From: a virus | UHGV virus genome: UHGV-0274038 | Direction: 5' to 3' (one strand) | Length of the DNA: 24,177 nt | Shown: piece by piece, positions 6,254-20,253 of the stretch | Layout: every line of letters begins with the position of its first letter | Position numbering within the stretch: position 1 is the stretch's first letter | Notes under the pieces: generated by a model | Told to the model about the DNA's origin: nothing | Databases searched by the model: none | What the model saw: only the letters and a program-made list of their open reading frames with translations | Made by a program: the position numbers and the translations under genes

Positions 6254-6664
6254 TTAGTGCGGAAATATTTGTGTAGTGTTCTGAATGTTCTCAGTAAAGA
6301 GTAATGAATTATCAAAGGTATAGTAATACCTTTTGTTTTCGTGGATATTTGTAATCCATCTGAAAACCCCTGCTGTAGCAAGATTTTTCCTGTATTCGTA
6401 AAATGATAACTCTCCTGATTTGAATCCTTTTAATGTGGCTTCTATAAGGCATTTATTTTTTGAAAATCTTACATTTACAACCTTACCCTGTCCTTTTATT
6501 AAAACCGTATTATCGTTTTCAAGAACAAGATGAATATTCTCTGTGGCTAAATAGTAAATGTAATGTGAGACATTGTGACGTTTTAGTTCAGAATAAAACC
6601 AGTGATAGTTTAAATTATTTCGCACTTTATCGAATATTTGTTTAAAAATGGCAACCTGAGCCAT
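6254..6664 (-). CDS. ybcV: YbcV-like protein (DUF1398), 136 aa
   Basis: [58 protein letters not shown]...[25 protein letters not shown] matches recalled DLP12 YbcV. SD GGAAGG 7 nt upstream of the internal ATG chosen as start. Confidence 0.8.
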   Translation of the reverse strand: MAQVAIFKQIFDKVRNNLNYHWFYSELKRHNVSHYIYYLATENIHLVLENDNTVLIKGQGKVVNVRFSKNKCLIEATLKGFKSGELSFYEYRKNLATAGVFRWITNIHENKRYYYTFDNSLLFTENIQNTTQIFPH

Positions 6665-6721
6665 TGTAGTACCTTCCATGTGATATGAAGGTACCTAGTC
6701 TGCACGATTATCTAAATTGCT

Positions 6722-6955
6722 TCAATCTGGTCTGACCTGCTTTCTGAGCAATTCAGTAATGTCACTCTTTTCTTTGTTTGCTTCAGGCGAAACTCTTTTT
6801 TCTGAGCACAGTCTTCGGCGGCAGGCTTCAATGACCCAGGCTGAGAAATTCCCGGACCCTTTTTGATCAAGAGCGATGTTAATTTGTTCAATCATTTGGT
6901 TAGGAAAGCGGATGTTGCGGGTTGTTGTTCTGCGGGTTCTGTTCTTCGTTGACAT
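6722..6955 (-). CDS. ylcI: YlcI-like small protein (DUF3950), possible ribbon-helix-helix DNA binder, 77 aa
   Basis: MSTKNRTRRTTTRNIRFPNQMIEQINIALDQKGSGNFSAWVIEACRRRL... has a strand-helix-helix pattern. Sits upstream of ybcV on the same strand, next to cos. Confidence 0.6.
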   Translation of the reverse strand: MSTKNRTRRTTTRNIRFPNQMIEQINIALDQKGSGNFSAWVIEACRRRLCSEKRVSPEANKEKSDITELLRKQVRPD

Positions 6956-7099
6956 GAGGTTGTCCCGTATTCAGTGTCGCTGATTTGTATTGTCTGAAGT
7001 TGTTTTTACGTTAAGTTGATGCAGATCAATTAATATGATACCTGCGTCATAATTGATTATTTGACGTGGTTTGATGGCGTAGATGCACGTTGTGACATG

Positions 7100-7343
7100 C
7101 AGATGATAATTATTATCATTTTGCGGGTCCTTTCCGGCGATCCGACAGGTTACGGGGCGGCGACCTCGCGGGTTTTTGCTATTTATGAAAATTTTCCGGT
7201 TTAAGGTGTTTCCGTTCTTCTTCGTCGTAACTTAATGTTTTTATTTAAAATACCCCCTGAAAAGAAAGGAAACGACAGGTGCTGAAAACGAGCTTTTGGG
7301 CCTTTGTCGTTTCCTTTCTCTGTTTTTGGCCGTGGAATGAACA
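7100..7343. promoter_or_regulatory. cos: cos region (cosQ, cosN, cosB with terminase and IHF binding elements)
   Basis: Flanks of cosN match the recalled lambda cos region up to the Nu1 start. Individual R and I elements not delimited. Confidence 0.6.
7155..7166. other. cos: cosN cohesive-end site (GGGCGGCGACCT)
   Basis: Sequence ...CCGACAGGTTACG|GGGCGGCGACCT|CGCGGGTTTT reproduces the lambda right-end/left-end junction with the 12-nt cohesive end, 178 bp upstream of Nu1. Confidence 0.85.
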
Positions 7344-7863
7344 ATGGAAGTCAACAAAAAGCAGCTGGCTGACATTTTCGGTGCGAGTATCCGTACCATT
7401 CAGAACTGGCAGGAACAGGGAATGCCCGTTCTGCGAGGCGGTGGCAAGGGTAATGAGGTGCTTTATGACTCTGCCGCCGTCATAAAATGGTATGCCGAAA
7501 GGGATGCTGAAATTGAGAACGAAAAGCTGCGCCGGGAGGTTGAAGAACTGCGGCAGGCCAGCGAGGCAGATCTCCAGCCAGGGACTATTGAGTACGAACG
7601 CCATCGACTTACGCGTGCGCAGGCCGACGCACAGGAACTGAAGAATGCCAGAGACTCCGCTGAAGTGGTGGAAACCGCATTCTGTACTTTCGTGTTGTCG
7701 CGGATCGCAGGTGAAATTGCCAGTATTCTCGACGGGATCCCCCTGTCGGTGCAGCGGCGTTTTCCGGAACTGGAAAACCGACATGTTGATTTCCTGAAAC
7801 GGGATATCATCAAAGCCATGAACAAAGCAGCCGCGCTGGATGAACTGATACCGGGGTTGCTGA

Positions 7864-7889
<26 letters not shown>
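7344..7889 (+). CDS. Nu1: Terminase small subunit Nu1 (181 aa)
   Basis: MEVNKKQLADIFGASIRTIQNWQEQGMPVLRGGGKGNEVLYDSAAVIKWY... essentially identical to recalled lambda Nu1. Confidence 0.95.
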
Positions 7890-11570
<3,681 letters not shown>

Positions 11571-11590
<20 letters not shown>

Positions 11591-12890
11591 TCTCCCGCAT
11601 ATTGCCAGTATGGCCTTTAATGAGCCGCTGATGCTTGAACCCGCCTATGCGCGGGTTTTCTTTTGTGCGCTTTCAGGCCAGCTTGGGATCAGCCGCCTGA
11701 CGGATGCGGTATCCGGCGACAGCCTGACTGCCGGAGAGGCACCCGCGGCGCTGGCGTTATCCGTTGATGATGACGGACCACGACAGGCCCGCAGTTATCA
11801 GGTCATGAACGGCATCGCCGTGCTGCCGGTGTCCGGCACGCTGGTCAGTCGGACGCGAGCGCTGCAGCCGTATTCGGGGATGACCGGTTACAACGGCATT
11901 ATCGCCCGTCTGCAACAGGCTACCAGCGACCCGATGGTGGACGGCATTCTGCTCGATATGGATACGCCAGGCGGGATGGTGGCAGGGGCATTTGACTGCG
12001 CTGACATCATCGCCCGTATGCGTGACATAAAGCCGGTATGGGCGCTGGCCAACGACATGAACTGCAGTGCAGGTCAGTTGCTTGCCAGCGCCGCCTCCCG
12101 ACGTCTGGTCACGCAGACCGCCCGGACAGGCTCCATCGGCGTCATGATGGCTCACAGTAATTACGGTGCTGCGCTGGAGAAACAGGGCGTGGAAATCACG
12201 CTGATTTACAGCGGCAGCCATAAGGTGGATGGCAACCCCTACAGCCATCTACCGGATGATGTCCGGGAAACACTGCAGTCCCGGATGGATGCAACCCGCC
12301 GGATGTTTGCACAGAAGGTGTCGGCATATACCGGCCTGTCCGTGCAGGCTGTGCTGGATACCGAGGCTGCAGTGTACAGCGGTCAGGAGGCCATTGATGC
12401 CGGACTGGCTGATGAACTTGTTAACAGTACCGATGCGATCACCGTCATGCGTGATGCACTGGATGCACGTAAATCCCGTCTCTCAGGAGGGCGAATGACC
12501 AAAGAGACTCAATCAACAACTGTTTCAGCCACTGCTTCGCAGGCTGACGTTACTGGCGTGGTGCAAGCGACGGAGGGCGAGAACGCCAGCGCTGCACAGC
12601 CGGACGTGAACGCGCAGATCACCGCAGCGGTTGCGGCAGAAAACAGTCGCATTATGGGGATCCTCAACTGTGTGGAGGCTCACGGACGCGAAGAACAGGC
12701 ACGCGTGCTGGCCGAAACCCCCGGTATGACCGTGGAAACGGCCCGCCGCATTCTGGCAGCTGCACCACAGAGTGCACAGGCGCGCAGTGACACTGCGCTG
12801 GATCGTCTGATGCAGGGGGCACCGGCACCGCTGGCTGCAGGTAACCCGGCATCTGATGCCGTTAACGATTTGCTGAACACACCAGTGTAA
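11571..12890 (+). CDS. C: Head maturation protease C (439 aa), GTG start
   Basis: GTG at 11571 preceded by AGGAGG; VTAELRNLPHIASMAFNEPLMLEPAYARVFF... matches lambda gpC. The ORF-track start at 11436 lies inside B. Confidence 0.9.
12285..12890 (+). CDS. Nu3: Scaffolding protein Nu3 (201 aa), in-frame internal start within C
   Basis: Internal ATG at 12285 (MDATRRMFAQKVSAYTGLSV...) sharing frame and stop with C, as in lambda. Confidence 0.8.
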   Translation: MDATRRMFAQKVSAYTGLSVQAVLDTEAAVYSGQEAIDAGLADELVNSTDAITVMRDALDARKSRLSGGRMTKETQSTTVSATASQADVTGVVQATEGENASAAQPDVNAQITAAVAAENSRIMGILNCVEAHGREEQARVLAETPGMTVETARRILAAAPQSAQARSDTALDRLMQGAPAPLAAGNPASDAVNDLLNTPV

Positions 12891-12899
12891 GGGATGTTT

Positions 12900-13232
12900 A
12901 TGACGAGCAAAGAAACCTTTACCCATTACCAGCCGCTGGGCAACAGTGACCCGGCACATACGGCAACCGCGCCCGGCGGATTGAGTGCGAAAGCGCCTGC
13001 AATGACCCCGCTGATGCTGGATACCTCCACCCGTAAGCTGGTTGCGTGGGATGGCACCACCGACGGTGCTGCCGTTGGCATTCTGGCGGTTGATGCTGAC
13101 CAGACCAGCACCACGCTGACGTTCTACAAGTCCGGCACGTTCCGTTATGAGGATGTGCTCTGGCCGGAGGCTGCCAGCGACGAGACGAAAAAACGGACCG
13201 CGTTTGCCGGAACGGCAATCAGCATCGTTTAA
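12900..13232 (+). CDS. D: Head decoration protein D (110 aa)
   Basis: [43 protein letters not shown]...; lambda gpD. Confidence 0.95.
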   Translation: MTSKETFTHYQPLGNSDPAHTATAPGGLSAKAPAMTPLMLDTSTRKLVAWDGTTDGAAVGILAVDADQTSTTLTFYKSGTFRYEDVLWPEAASDETKKRTAFAGTAISIV

Positions 13233-13249
13233 CTTTACCCTTCATCACT

Positions 13250-13276
13250 AAAGGCCGCCTGTGCGGCTTTTTTTAC
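13250..13276 (+). terminator. Stem-loop with T-run between D and E (terminator or attenuator-like)
   Basis: GCCGC/GCGGC stem (13254..13258 and 13263..13267), loop CTGT, followed by TTTTTTT, then a further T-run before the E start. Confidence 0.4.
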
Positions 13277-13287
13277 GGGATTTTTTT

Positions 13288-14313
13288 ATGTCGATGTACA
13301 CAACCGCCCAGCTGCTGGCGGCAAATGAGCAGAAATTTAAGTTTGATCCGCTGTTTCTGCGTCTCTTTTTCCGTGAGAGCTATCCCTTCACTACGGAGAA
13401 AGTCTATCTCTCACAAATTCCGGGACTGGTAAACATGGCGCTGTACGTTTCGCCGATTGTTTCCGGTGAGGTTATCCGTTCCCGTGGCGGCTCCACCTCT
13501 GAATTTACGCCGGGATATGTCAAACCCAAGCATGAAGTGAATCCGCAGATGACCCTGCGTCGCCTGCCGGATGAAGATCCGCAGAATCTGGCGGACCCGG
13601 CTTACCGCCGCCGTCGCATCATCCTGCAGAACATGCGTGACGAAGAGCTGGCCATTGCTCAGGTCGAAGAGATGCAGGCAGTTTCTGCCGTGCTCAAGGG
13701 CAAATACACCATGACCGGTGAAGCCTTCGATCCGGTTGAGGTGGATATGGGCCGCAGTGAAGCGAATAACATCACACAGTCTGGCGTCACGGAGTGGAGC
13801 AAGCGTGACAAGTCCACGTATGACCCGACCGACGATATCGAAGCCTACGCGCTGAACGCCAGCGGCGTGGTGAATATCATCGTGTTTGACCCGAAAGGCT
13901 GGGCGCTGTTCCGTTCCTTCAAAGCCGTCAGGGAGAAGCTGGATACCCGTCGCGGCTCTCATTCCGAACTGGAGACAGCGGTAAAAGACCTGGGCAAAGC
14001 GGTGTCTTATAAGGGAATGTATGGCGATGTGGCCATCGTCGTGTATTCCGGACAGTACGTGGAAAACGGCGTCAAAAAGAACTTCCTGCCGGACAACACG
14101 ATGGTGCTGGGTAACACTCATGCACGCGGTCTGCGCACCTATGGCTGTATTCAGGATGCGGATGCATTGAGTGAGGGTATTAATGCGTCTCCCCGTTATC
14201 CGAAAAACTGGAAGACATCCGGCGATCCGGCGCGAGAGTTCACCATGATTCAGTCAGCACCGCTGATGCTGCTGGCTGATCCTGATGAGTTCGTGTCCGT
14301 TCAACTGGCGTAA
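13288..14313 (+). CDS. E: Major capsid protein E (341 aa)
   Basis: MSMYTTAQLLAANEQKFKFDPLFLRLFFRESYPFTTEKVYLSQIPGLVNMALYVSPIVSGEVIRSRGG...; lambda gpE (HK97 fold). Confidence 0.95.
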   Translation: MSMYTTAQLLAANEQKFKFDPLFLRLFFRESYPFTTEKVYLSQIPGLVNMALYVSPIVSGEVIRSRGGSTSEFTPGYVKPKHEVNPQMTLRRLPDEDPQNLADPAYRRRRIILQNMRDEELAIAQVEEMQAVSAVLKGKYTMTGEAFDPVEVDMGRSEANNITQSGVTEWSKRDKSTYDPTDDIEAYALNASGVVNIIVFDPKGWALFRSFKAVREKLDTRRGSHSELETAVKDLGKAVSYKGMYGDVAIVVYSGQYVENGVKKNFLPDNTMVLGNTHARGLRTYGCIQDADALSEGINASPRYPKNWKTSGDPAREFTMIQSAPLMLLADPDEFVSVQLA

Positions 14314-14354
14314 TCATGGCCCTTCGGGGCCATTTTCTCTCTGTGGAGGAATCC

Positions 14355-14750
14355 ATGACGAAAGATGAACTGATTGCCCGTCTCCGGTCGCTGGGTGAGC
14401 AACTGAACCGTGATGTCAGCCTGACGGGGACGAAAGAAGAACTGGCGCTCCGTGTGGCAGAGCTGGAAGAGGAGCTTGATGACACGGATGACGCAGCCGG
14501 TCTGGACACGTCTGTCAGCCCGGAAAATGCGCTGACCGGACATGAAAATGAGGTGGTATCAGCGCAGACGGATACCGTGACTGATACGGCTGCTCTGGTC
14601 ACGGTTGTGGCACTGGTGACGCTGCATACTGATGCACTTCACGCCACGCGGGATGAGGCTGTGGCATTTGTGCTGCCTGGAACGGCGTTCCGTGTCTCTG
14701 CCGGTGTGGCAGCTGAAATGACAGCGCGCGGCCTGGCCAGAATGCAATAA
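14355..14750 (+). CDS. FI: DNA-packaging accessory protein FI (131 aa)
   Basis: MTKDELIARLRSLGEQLNRDVSLTGTKEELALRVAELEEELDD...; lambda gpFI with some substitutions in the central linker. Confidence 0.9.
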   Translation: MTKDELIARLRSLGEQLNRDVSLTGTKEELALRVAELEEELDDTDDAAGLDTSVSPENALTGHENEVVSAQTDTVTDTAALVTVVALVTLHTDALHATRDEAVAFVLPGTAFRVSAGVAAEMTARGLARMQ

Positions 14751-14761
14751 CGGGAGGCGCT

Positions 14762-15115
14762 GTGGCTGATTTCGATAACCTGTTCGATGCTGCCATTGCC
14801 CGCGCCGATGAAACGATACGCGGGTACATGGGAACGTCAGCCACCATGACATCCGGTGAGCAGTCCGGCGCAGTAATACGTGGTGTTTTTGATGACCCTG
14901 AAAATATCAGCTATGCCGGACAGGGCGTGCGCGTTGAAGGCTCCAGCCCGTCCCTGTTTGTCCGGACTGATGATGTGCGGCAGCTGCGGCGTGGAGACAC
15001 GCTGACCATCGGTGAGGAAAACTTCTGGGTAGATCGGGTTACGCCGGATGATGGCGGAAGCTGTCATCTCTGGCTTGGGCGGGGGGTACCGCCTGCCGTT
15101 AACCGTCGCCGCTGA
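14762..15115 (+). CDS. FII: Head-tail connector protein FII (117 aa)
   Basis: ADFDNLFDAAIARADETIRGYMGTSATMTSGEQSGAVIRGVFDDPENISYAGQGVRVEG... from an apparent GTG start; lambda gpFII. Confidence 0.9.
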   Translation: MADFDNLFDAAIARADETIRGYMGTSATMTSGEQSGAVIRGVFDDPENISYAGQGVRVEGSSPSLFVRTDDVRQLRRGDTLTIGEENFWVDRVTPDDGGSCHLWLGRGVPPAVNRRR

Positions 15116-15126
15116 AAGGGGGATGT

Positions 15127-15705
15127 ATGGCCATAAAAGGTCTTGAGCAGGCCGTTGAAAACCTCAGCCGTATCAGCAAAACGGCGGTGCCTGGTGCCGC
15201 CGCAATGGCCATTAACCGCGTTGCTTCATCCGCGATATCGCAGTCGGCGTCACAGGTTGCCCGTGAGACAAAGGTACGCCGGAAACTGGTAAAGGAAAGG
15301 GCCAGGCTGAAAAGGGCCACGGTCAAAAATCCGCAGGCCAGAATCAAAGTTAACCGGGGGGATTTGCCCGTAATCAGGCTGGGTAACGCGCGGGTTGTCC
15401 TGTCCCGACGCAGGCGTCGTAAAAAGGGGCAGCGTTCAGCCCTGAAAGGTGGCGGCAGCGTGCTTGTGGTGGGAAACCGTCGTATTCCCGGCGCGTTTAT
15501 TCAGCAACTGAAAAACGGCCGGTGGCATGTTATGCAGCGTGTGGCCGGGAAAAACCGTTACCCCATTGATGTAGTGAAAATCCCGATGGCGGTGCCGCTG
15601 ACCACGGCGTTTAAACAAAATATTGAGCGGATACGGCGTGAACGTCTTCCGAAAGAGCTGGGCTATGCGCTGCAGCATCAACTGAGGATGGTAATAAAGC
15701 GATGA
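15127..15705 (+). CDS. Z: Tail completion protein Z (192 aa)
   Basis: MAIKGLEQAVENLSRISKTAVPGAAAMAINRVASSAISQSASQVARETKV...; lambda gpZ. Confidence 0.9.
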   Translation: MAIKGLEQAVENLSRISKTAVPGAAAMAINRVASSAISQSASQVARETKVRRKLVKERARLKRATVKNPQARIKVNRGDLPVIRLGNARVVLSRRRRRKKGQRSALKGGGSVLVVGNRRIPGAFIQQLKNGRWHVMQRVAGKNRYPIDVVKIPMAVPLTTAFKQNIERIRRERLPKELGYALQHQLRMVIKR

Positions 15706-16097
15706 AACATACTGAACTCCGTGCAGCCGTACTGGATGCACTGGAGAAGCATGACACCGGGGCGACGTTTTTTGATGGTCGCCCCGCTGTTTTTGATGAG
15801 GCGGATTTTCCGGCAGTTGCCGTTTATCTCACCGGCGCTGAATACACGGGCGAAGAGCTGGACAGCGATACCTGGCAGGCGGAGCTGCATATCGAAGTTT
15901 TCCTGCCTGCTCAGGTGCCGGATTCAGAGCTGGATGCGTGGATGGAGTCCCGGATTTATCCGGTGATGAGCGATATCCCGGCACTGTCAGATTTGATCAC
16001 CAGTATGGTGGCCAGCGGCTATGACTACCGGCGCGACGATGATGCGGGCCTGTGGAGTTCAGCCGATCTGACTTATGTCATTACCTATGAAATGTGA
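15702..16097 (+). CDS. U: Tail terminator protein U (131 aa)
   Basis: [54 protein letters not shown]...; lambda gpU. Confidence 0.9.
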   Translation: MKHTELRAAVLDALEKHDTGATFFDGRPAVFDEADFPAVAVYLTGAEYTGEELDSDTWQAELHIEVFLPAQVPDSELDAWMESRIYPVMSDIPALSDLITSMVASGYDYRRDDDAGLWSSADLTYVITYEM

Positions 16098-16104
16098 GGA
16101 CGCT

Positions 16105-16845
16105 ATGCCTGTACCAAATCCTACAATGCCGGTGAAAGGTGCCGGGACCACCCTGTGGGTTTATAAGGGGAGCGGTGACCCTTATGCGAATCCGCTTTCA
16201 GACGTTGACTGGTCGCGTCTGGCAAAAGTTAAAGACCTGACGCCCGGCGAACTGACCGCTGAGTCCTATGACGACAGCTATCTCGATGATGAAGATGCAG
16301 ACTGGACTGCGACCGGGCAGGGGCAGAAATCCGCCGGAGATACCAGCTTCACGCTGGCGTGGATGCCCGGAGAGCAGGGGCAGCAGGCGCTGCTGGCGTG
16401 GTTTAATGAAGGTGATACCCGTGCCTATAAAATCCGCTTCCCGAACGGCACGGTCGATGTGTTCCGTGGCTGGGTCAGCAGTATCGGTAAAGCGGTGACG
16501 GCGAAGGAAGTGATCACCCGCACGGTGAAAGTCACCAACGTGGGACGTCCGTCAATGGCAGAAGATCGCAGCACGGTAACAGCGGCAACCGGCATGACCG
16601 TGACGCCTGCCAGCACTTCGGTGGTGAAAGGGCAGAGCACCACGCTGACCGTGGCATTCCAGCCGGAAGGCGCAACCGACAAGAGCTTCCGTGCGGTGTC
16701 TGCGGATAAAACAAAAGCCACCGTGTCGGTCAGTGGTATGACCATCACCGTGAAAGGTGTTGCTGCAGGCAAGGTCAACATTCCGGTTGTATCCGGTAAT
16801 GGTGAACTTGCTGCGGTTGCAGAAATTACCGTCACCGCCAGTTAA
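16105..16845 (+). CDS. V: Major tail tube protein V (246 aa)
   Basis: [50 protein letters not shown]... with C-terminal Ig-like domain; lambda gpV. ATG at 16105 preferred over the ORF-track start. Confidence 0.95.
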   Translation: MPVPNPTMPVKGAGTTLWVYKGSGDPYANPLSDVDWSRLAKVKDLTPGELTAESYDDSYLDDEDADWTATGQGQKSAGDTSFTLAWMPGEQGQQALLAWFNEGDTRAYKIRFPNGTVDVFRGWVSSIGKAVTAKEVITRTVKVTNVGRPSMAEDRSTVTAATGMTVTPASTSVVKGQSTTLTVAFQPEGATDKSFRAVSADKTKATVSVSGMTITVKGVAAGKVNIPVVSGNGELAAVAEITVTAS

Positions 16846-16860
16846 TCCGGAGAGTCAGCG

Positions 16861-17283
16861 ATGTTCCTGAAAACCGAATCATTTGAACATAACGGTGTGA
16901 CCGTCACGCTTTCTGAACTGTCAGCCCTGCAGCGTATTGAGCATCTCGCCCTGATGAAACGACAGGCAGAACAGGCGGAGTCAGACAGCAACCGGAAGTT
17001 TACTGTGGAAGACGCCATCAGAACCGGCGCTTTTGTGGTGGCGATGTCCCTGTGGCATAACCATCCGCAGAAGACAAAGCTGCCTTCTATGAATGAAGCC
17101 GTTAAACAGATTGAGCAGGAAGTGCTTACCACCTGGCCCACGGAGGCAATTTCTCATGCTGAAAACGTGGTGTACCGGCTGTCCGGTATGTATGAGTTTG
17201 TGGTGAATGATGCTCCTGAACAGACAGAGGACGCCGGGCCTGCAGAGCCTGTTTCTGCGGGAAAGTGTTCGATGGTGAGCTGA
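16861..17283 (+). CDS. G: Tail assembly chaperone G (140 aa)
   Basis: MFLKTESFEHNGVTVTLSELSALQRIEHLALMKRQAEQAESDSNRKFTVEDAIRTG...; lambda gpG. Confidence 0.95.
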   Translation: MFLKTESFEHNGVTVTLSELSALQRIEHLALMKRQAEQAESDSNRKFTVEDAIRTGAFVVAMSLWHNHPQKTKLPSMNEAVKQIEQEVLTTWPTEAISHAENVVYRLSGMYEFVVNDAPEQTEDAGPAEPVSAGKCSMVS

Positions 17284-17699
17284 GTTTTGCCCTGAAACTG
17301 GCGCGAGAGATGGGGCGACCCGACTGGCGTGCCATGCTTGCCGGGATGTCATCCACGGAGTATGCCGACTGGCACCGCTTTTACAGTACCCATTATTTTC
17401 ATGATGTTCTGCTGGATATGCACTTTTCCGGGCTGACGTACACCGTGCTCAGCCTGTTTTTCAGCGATCCGGATATGCATCCGCTGGATTTCAGTCTGCT
17501 TAACCGGCGCGAGGCTGACGAAGAGCCTGAAGATGATGTGCTGATGCAGAAAGCGGCAGGGCTTGCCGGAGGTGTCCGCTTTGGCCCGGACGGGAATGAA
17601 GTTATCCCCGCTTCCCCGGATGTGGCGGACATGACGGAGGATGACGTAATGCTGATGACAGTATCAGAAGGGATCGCAGGAGGAGTCCGGTATGGCTGA
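16861..17699 (+). CDS. GT: Tail assembly protein G-T, fusion made by -1 frameshift at 17259..17265
   Basis: The -1 frame ORF 17265..17699 (MFDGELSFALKLAREMGRPDWRAMLAGMSSTEYADWHRFY...) corresponds to the lambda T region and has no independent ribosome-binding site. Confidence 0.85.
17259..17265 (+). other. Programmed -1 ribosomal frameshift slippery heptamer G GGA AAG (G to G-T)
   Basis: GGGAAAG at 17259..17265 lies in the G frame as G-GGA-AAG. The -1 frame from here is open to 17699 (T region). Confidence 0.85.
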
Positions 17700-20253
17700 A
17701 CCGGTAGGCGATCTGGTCGTTGATTTAAGTCTGGATGCGGCCAGATTTGACGAGCAGATGGCCAGAGTCAGGCGTCATTTTTCCGGTACGGAAACTGATG
17801 CGAAAAAAACAGCGGCAGTCGTTGAACAGTCGCTGAGCCGACAGGCGCTGGCTGCACAGAAAGCGGGGATTTCCGTCGGGCAGTATAAAGCCGCCATGCG
17901 TATGCTGCCTGCACAGTTCACCGACGTGGCCACGCAGCTTGCAGGCGGGCAAAGCCCGTGGCTGATCCTGCTGCAACAGGGGGGTCAGGTGAAGGACTCC
18001 TTCGGCGGGATGATCCCCATGTTCCGGGGGCTTGCCGGTGCGATCACCCTGCCGATGGTGGGGGCCACCTCGCTGGCGGTGGCGACCGGTGCGCTGGCGT
18101 ATGCCTGGTATCAGGGCAACTCAACCCTGTCCGATTTCAACAAAACGCTGGTCCTTTCCGGCAATCAGGCCGGGCTGACGGCAGATCGTATGCTGGTCCT
18201 GTCCAGAGCCGGGCAGGCGGCAGGGCTGACGTTTAACCAGACCAGCGAGTCACTCAGTGCACTGGTTAAGGCGGGGGTAAGTGGTGAGGCTCAGATTGCG
18301 TCCATCAGCCAGAGTGTGGCGCGTTTCTCTTCTGCATCCGGTGTGGAGGTGGACAAGGTCGCTGAAGCCTTCGGGAAGCTGACCACTGACCCGACGTCGG
18401 GGCTGACGGCGATGGCGCGCCAGTTCCATAACGTGACGGCGGAGCAGATTGCGTATGTTGCTCAGTTGCAGCGTTCCGGCGATGAAGCCGGGGCATTGCA
18501 GGCGGCGAACGAAGCCGCAACGAAAGGGTTTGATGACCAGACCCGCCGCCTGAAAGAGAACATGGGCACGCTGGAGACCTGGGCAGACAGGATAGCGCGG
18601 GCATTCAAATCCATGTGGGATGCGGTGCTGGATATTGGTCGTCCTGATACCGCGCAGGAGATGCTGATTAAGGCAGAGGCTGCGTTTAAGAAAGCAGACG
18701 ACATCTGGAATCTGCGCAAGGATGATTATTTTGTTAACGATGAAGCGCGGGCGCGTTACTGGGATGATCGTGAAAAGGCCCGTCTTGCGCTTGAAGCCGC
18801 CCGAAAGAAGGCTGAGCAGCAGACTCAACAGGACAAAAATGCGCAGCAGCAGAGCGATACCGAAGCGTCACGGCTGAAATATACCGAAGAGGCGCAGAAG
18901 GCTTACGAACGGCTGCAGACGCCGCTGGAGAAATATACCGCCCGTCAGGAAGAACTGAACAAGGCACTGAAAGACGGGAAAATCCTGCAGGCGGATTACA
19001 ACACGCTGATGGCGGCGGCGAAAAAGGATTATGAAGCGACGCTGAAAAAGCCGAAACAGTCCGGCGTGAAGGTGTCTGCGGGCGATCGTCAGGAAGACAG
19101 TGCTCATGCTGCCCTGCTGACGCTTCAGGCAGAACTCCGGACGCTGGAGAAGCATGCCGGAGCGAATGAGAAAATCAGCCAGCAGCGCCGGGATTTGTGG
19201 AAGGCGGAGAGTCAGTTCGCGGTACTGGAGGAGGCGGCGCAACGTCGCCAGCTGTCTGCACAGGAGAAATCCCTGCTGGCGCATAAAGATGAGACGCTGG
19301 AGTACAAACGCCAGCTGGCTGCACTTGGCGACAAGGTTACGTATCAGGAGCGCCTGAACGCGCTGGCGCAGCAGGCGGATAAATTCGCACAGCAGCAACG
19401 GGCAAAACGGGCCGCCATTGATGCGAAAAGCCGGGGGCTGACTGACCGGCAGGCAGAACGGGAAGCCACGGAACAGCGCCTGAAGGAACAGTATGGCGAT
19501 AATCCGCTGGCGCTGAATAACGTCATGTCAGAGCAGAAAAAGACCTGGGCGGCTGAAGACCAGCTTCGCGGGAGCTGGATGGCAGGCCTGAAGTCCGGCT
19601 GGAGTGAGTGGGAAGAGAGCGCCACGGACAGTATGTCGCAGGTTAAAAGTGCAGCCACGCAGACCTTTGATGGTATTGCACAGAATATGGCGGCGATGCT
19701 GACCGGCAGTGAGCAGAACTGGCGCAGCTTCACCCGTTCCGTGCTGTCCATGATGACAGAAATTCTGCTTAAGCAGGCAATGGTGGGGATTGTCGGGAGT
19801 ATCGGCAGCGCCATTGGCGGTGCTGCCAGTGGTGGAGCATCCGCGTCAGGCGGTACAGCCATTCAGGCCGCTGCGGCGAAATTCCATTTTGCGACCGGGG
19901 GATTTACGGGAACCGGCGGCAAATATGAGCCAGCGGGGATTGTTCACCGTGGTGAATTTGTCTTCACGAAGGAGGCAACCAGCCGGATTGGTGTCGGCAA
20001 CCTGTACCGCCTGATGCGGGGCTATGCGGAAGGTGGTTATGTGGGCGGTGCCGGAAGTCCGGCGCAGATGCGGCGGGCTGAAGGCATTAATTTTAATCAG
20101 AACAATCACGTGGTGATTCAGAACGACGGTACGAATGGTCTGCCAGGTCCACAGATGATGAAGGCAGTGTATGACATGGCCCGCAAGGGTGCCCGTGATG
20201 AAATTCAGACACAGATGCGTGATGGTGGCCTGTTCTCCGGAGGTGGACGATGA
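17692..20253 (+). CDS. H: Tail tape-measure protein H (853 aa)
   Basis: 853-aa ORF, MAEPVGDLVVDLSLDAARFDEQMARVRRHFSGTETDAKK... with long coiled-coil central region; lambda gpH. Confidence 0.95.
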   Translation: MAEPVGDLVVDLSLDAARFDEQMARVRRHFSGTETDAKKTAAVVEQSLSRQALAAQKAGISVGQYKAAMRMLPAQFTDVATQLAGGQSPWLILLQQGGQVKDSFGGMIPMFRGLAGAITLPMVGATSLAVATGALAYAWYQGNSTLSDFNKTLVLSGNQAGLTADRMLVLSRAGQAAGLTFNQTSESLSALVKAGVSGEAQIASISQSVARFSSASGVEVDKVAEAFGKLTTDPTSGLTAMARQFHNVTAEQIAYVAQLQRSGDEAGALQAANEAATKGFDDQTRRLKENMGTLETWADRIARAFKSMWDAVLDIGRPDTAQEMLIKAEAAFKKADDIWNLRKDDYFVNDEARARYWDDREKARLALEAARKKAEQQTQQDKNAQQQSDTEASRLKYTEEAQKAYERLQTPLEKYTARQEELNKALKDGKILQADYNTLMAAAKKDYEATLKKPKQSGVKVSAGDRQEDSAHAALLTLQAELRTLEKHAGANEKISQQRRDLWKAESQFAVLEEAAQRRQLSAQEKSLLAHKDETLEYKRQLAALGDKVTYQERLNALAQQADKFAQQQRAKRAAIDAKSRGLTDRQAEREATEQRLKEQYGDNPLALNNVMSEQKKTWAAEDQLRGSWMAGLKSGWSEWEESATDSMSQVKSAATQTFDGIAQNMAAMLTGSEQNWRSFTRSVLSMMTEILLKQAMVGIVGSIGSAIGGAASGGASASGGTAIQAAAAKFHFATGGFTGTGGKYEPAGIVHRGEFVFTKEATSRIGVGNLYRLMRGYAEGGYVGGAGSPAQMRRAEGINFNQNNHVVIQNDGTNGLPGPQMMKAVYDMARKGARDEIQTQMRDGGLFSGGGR

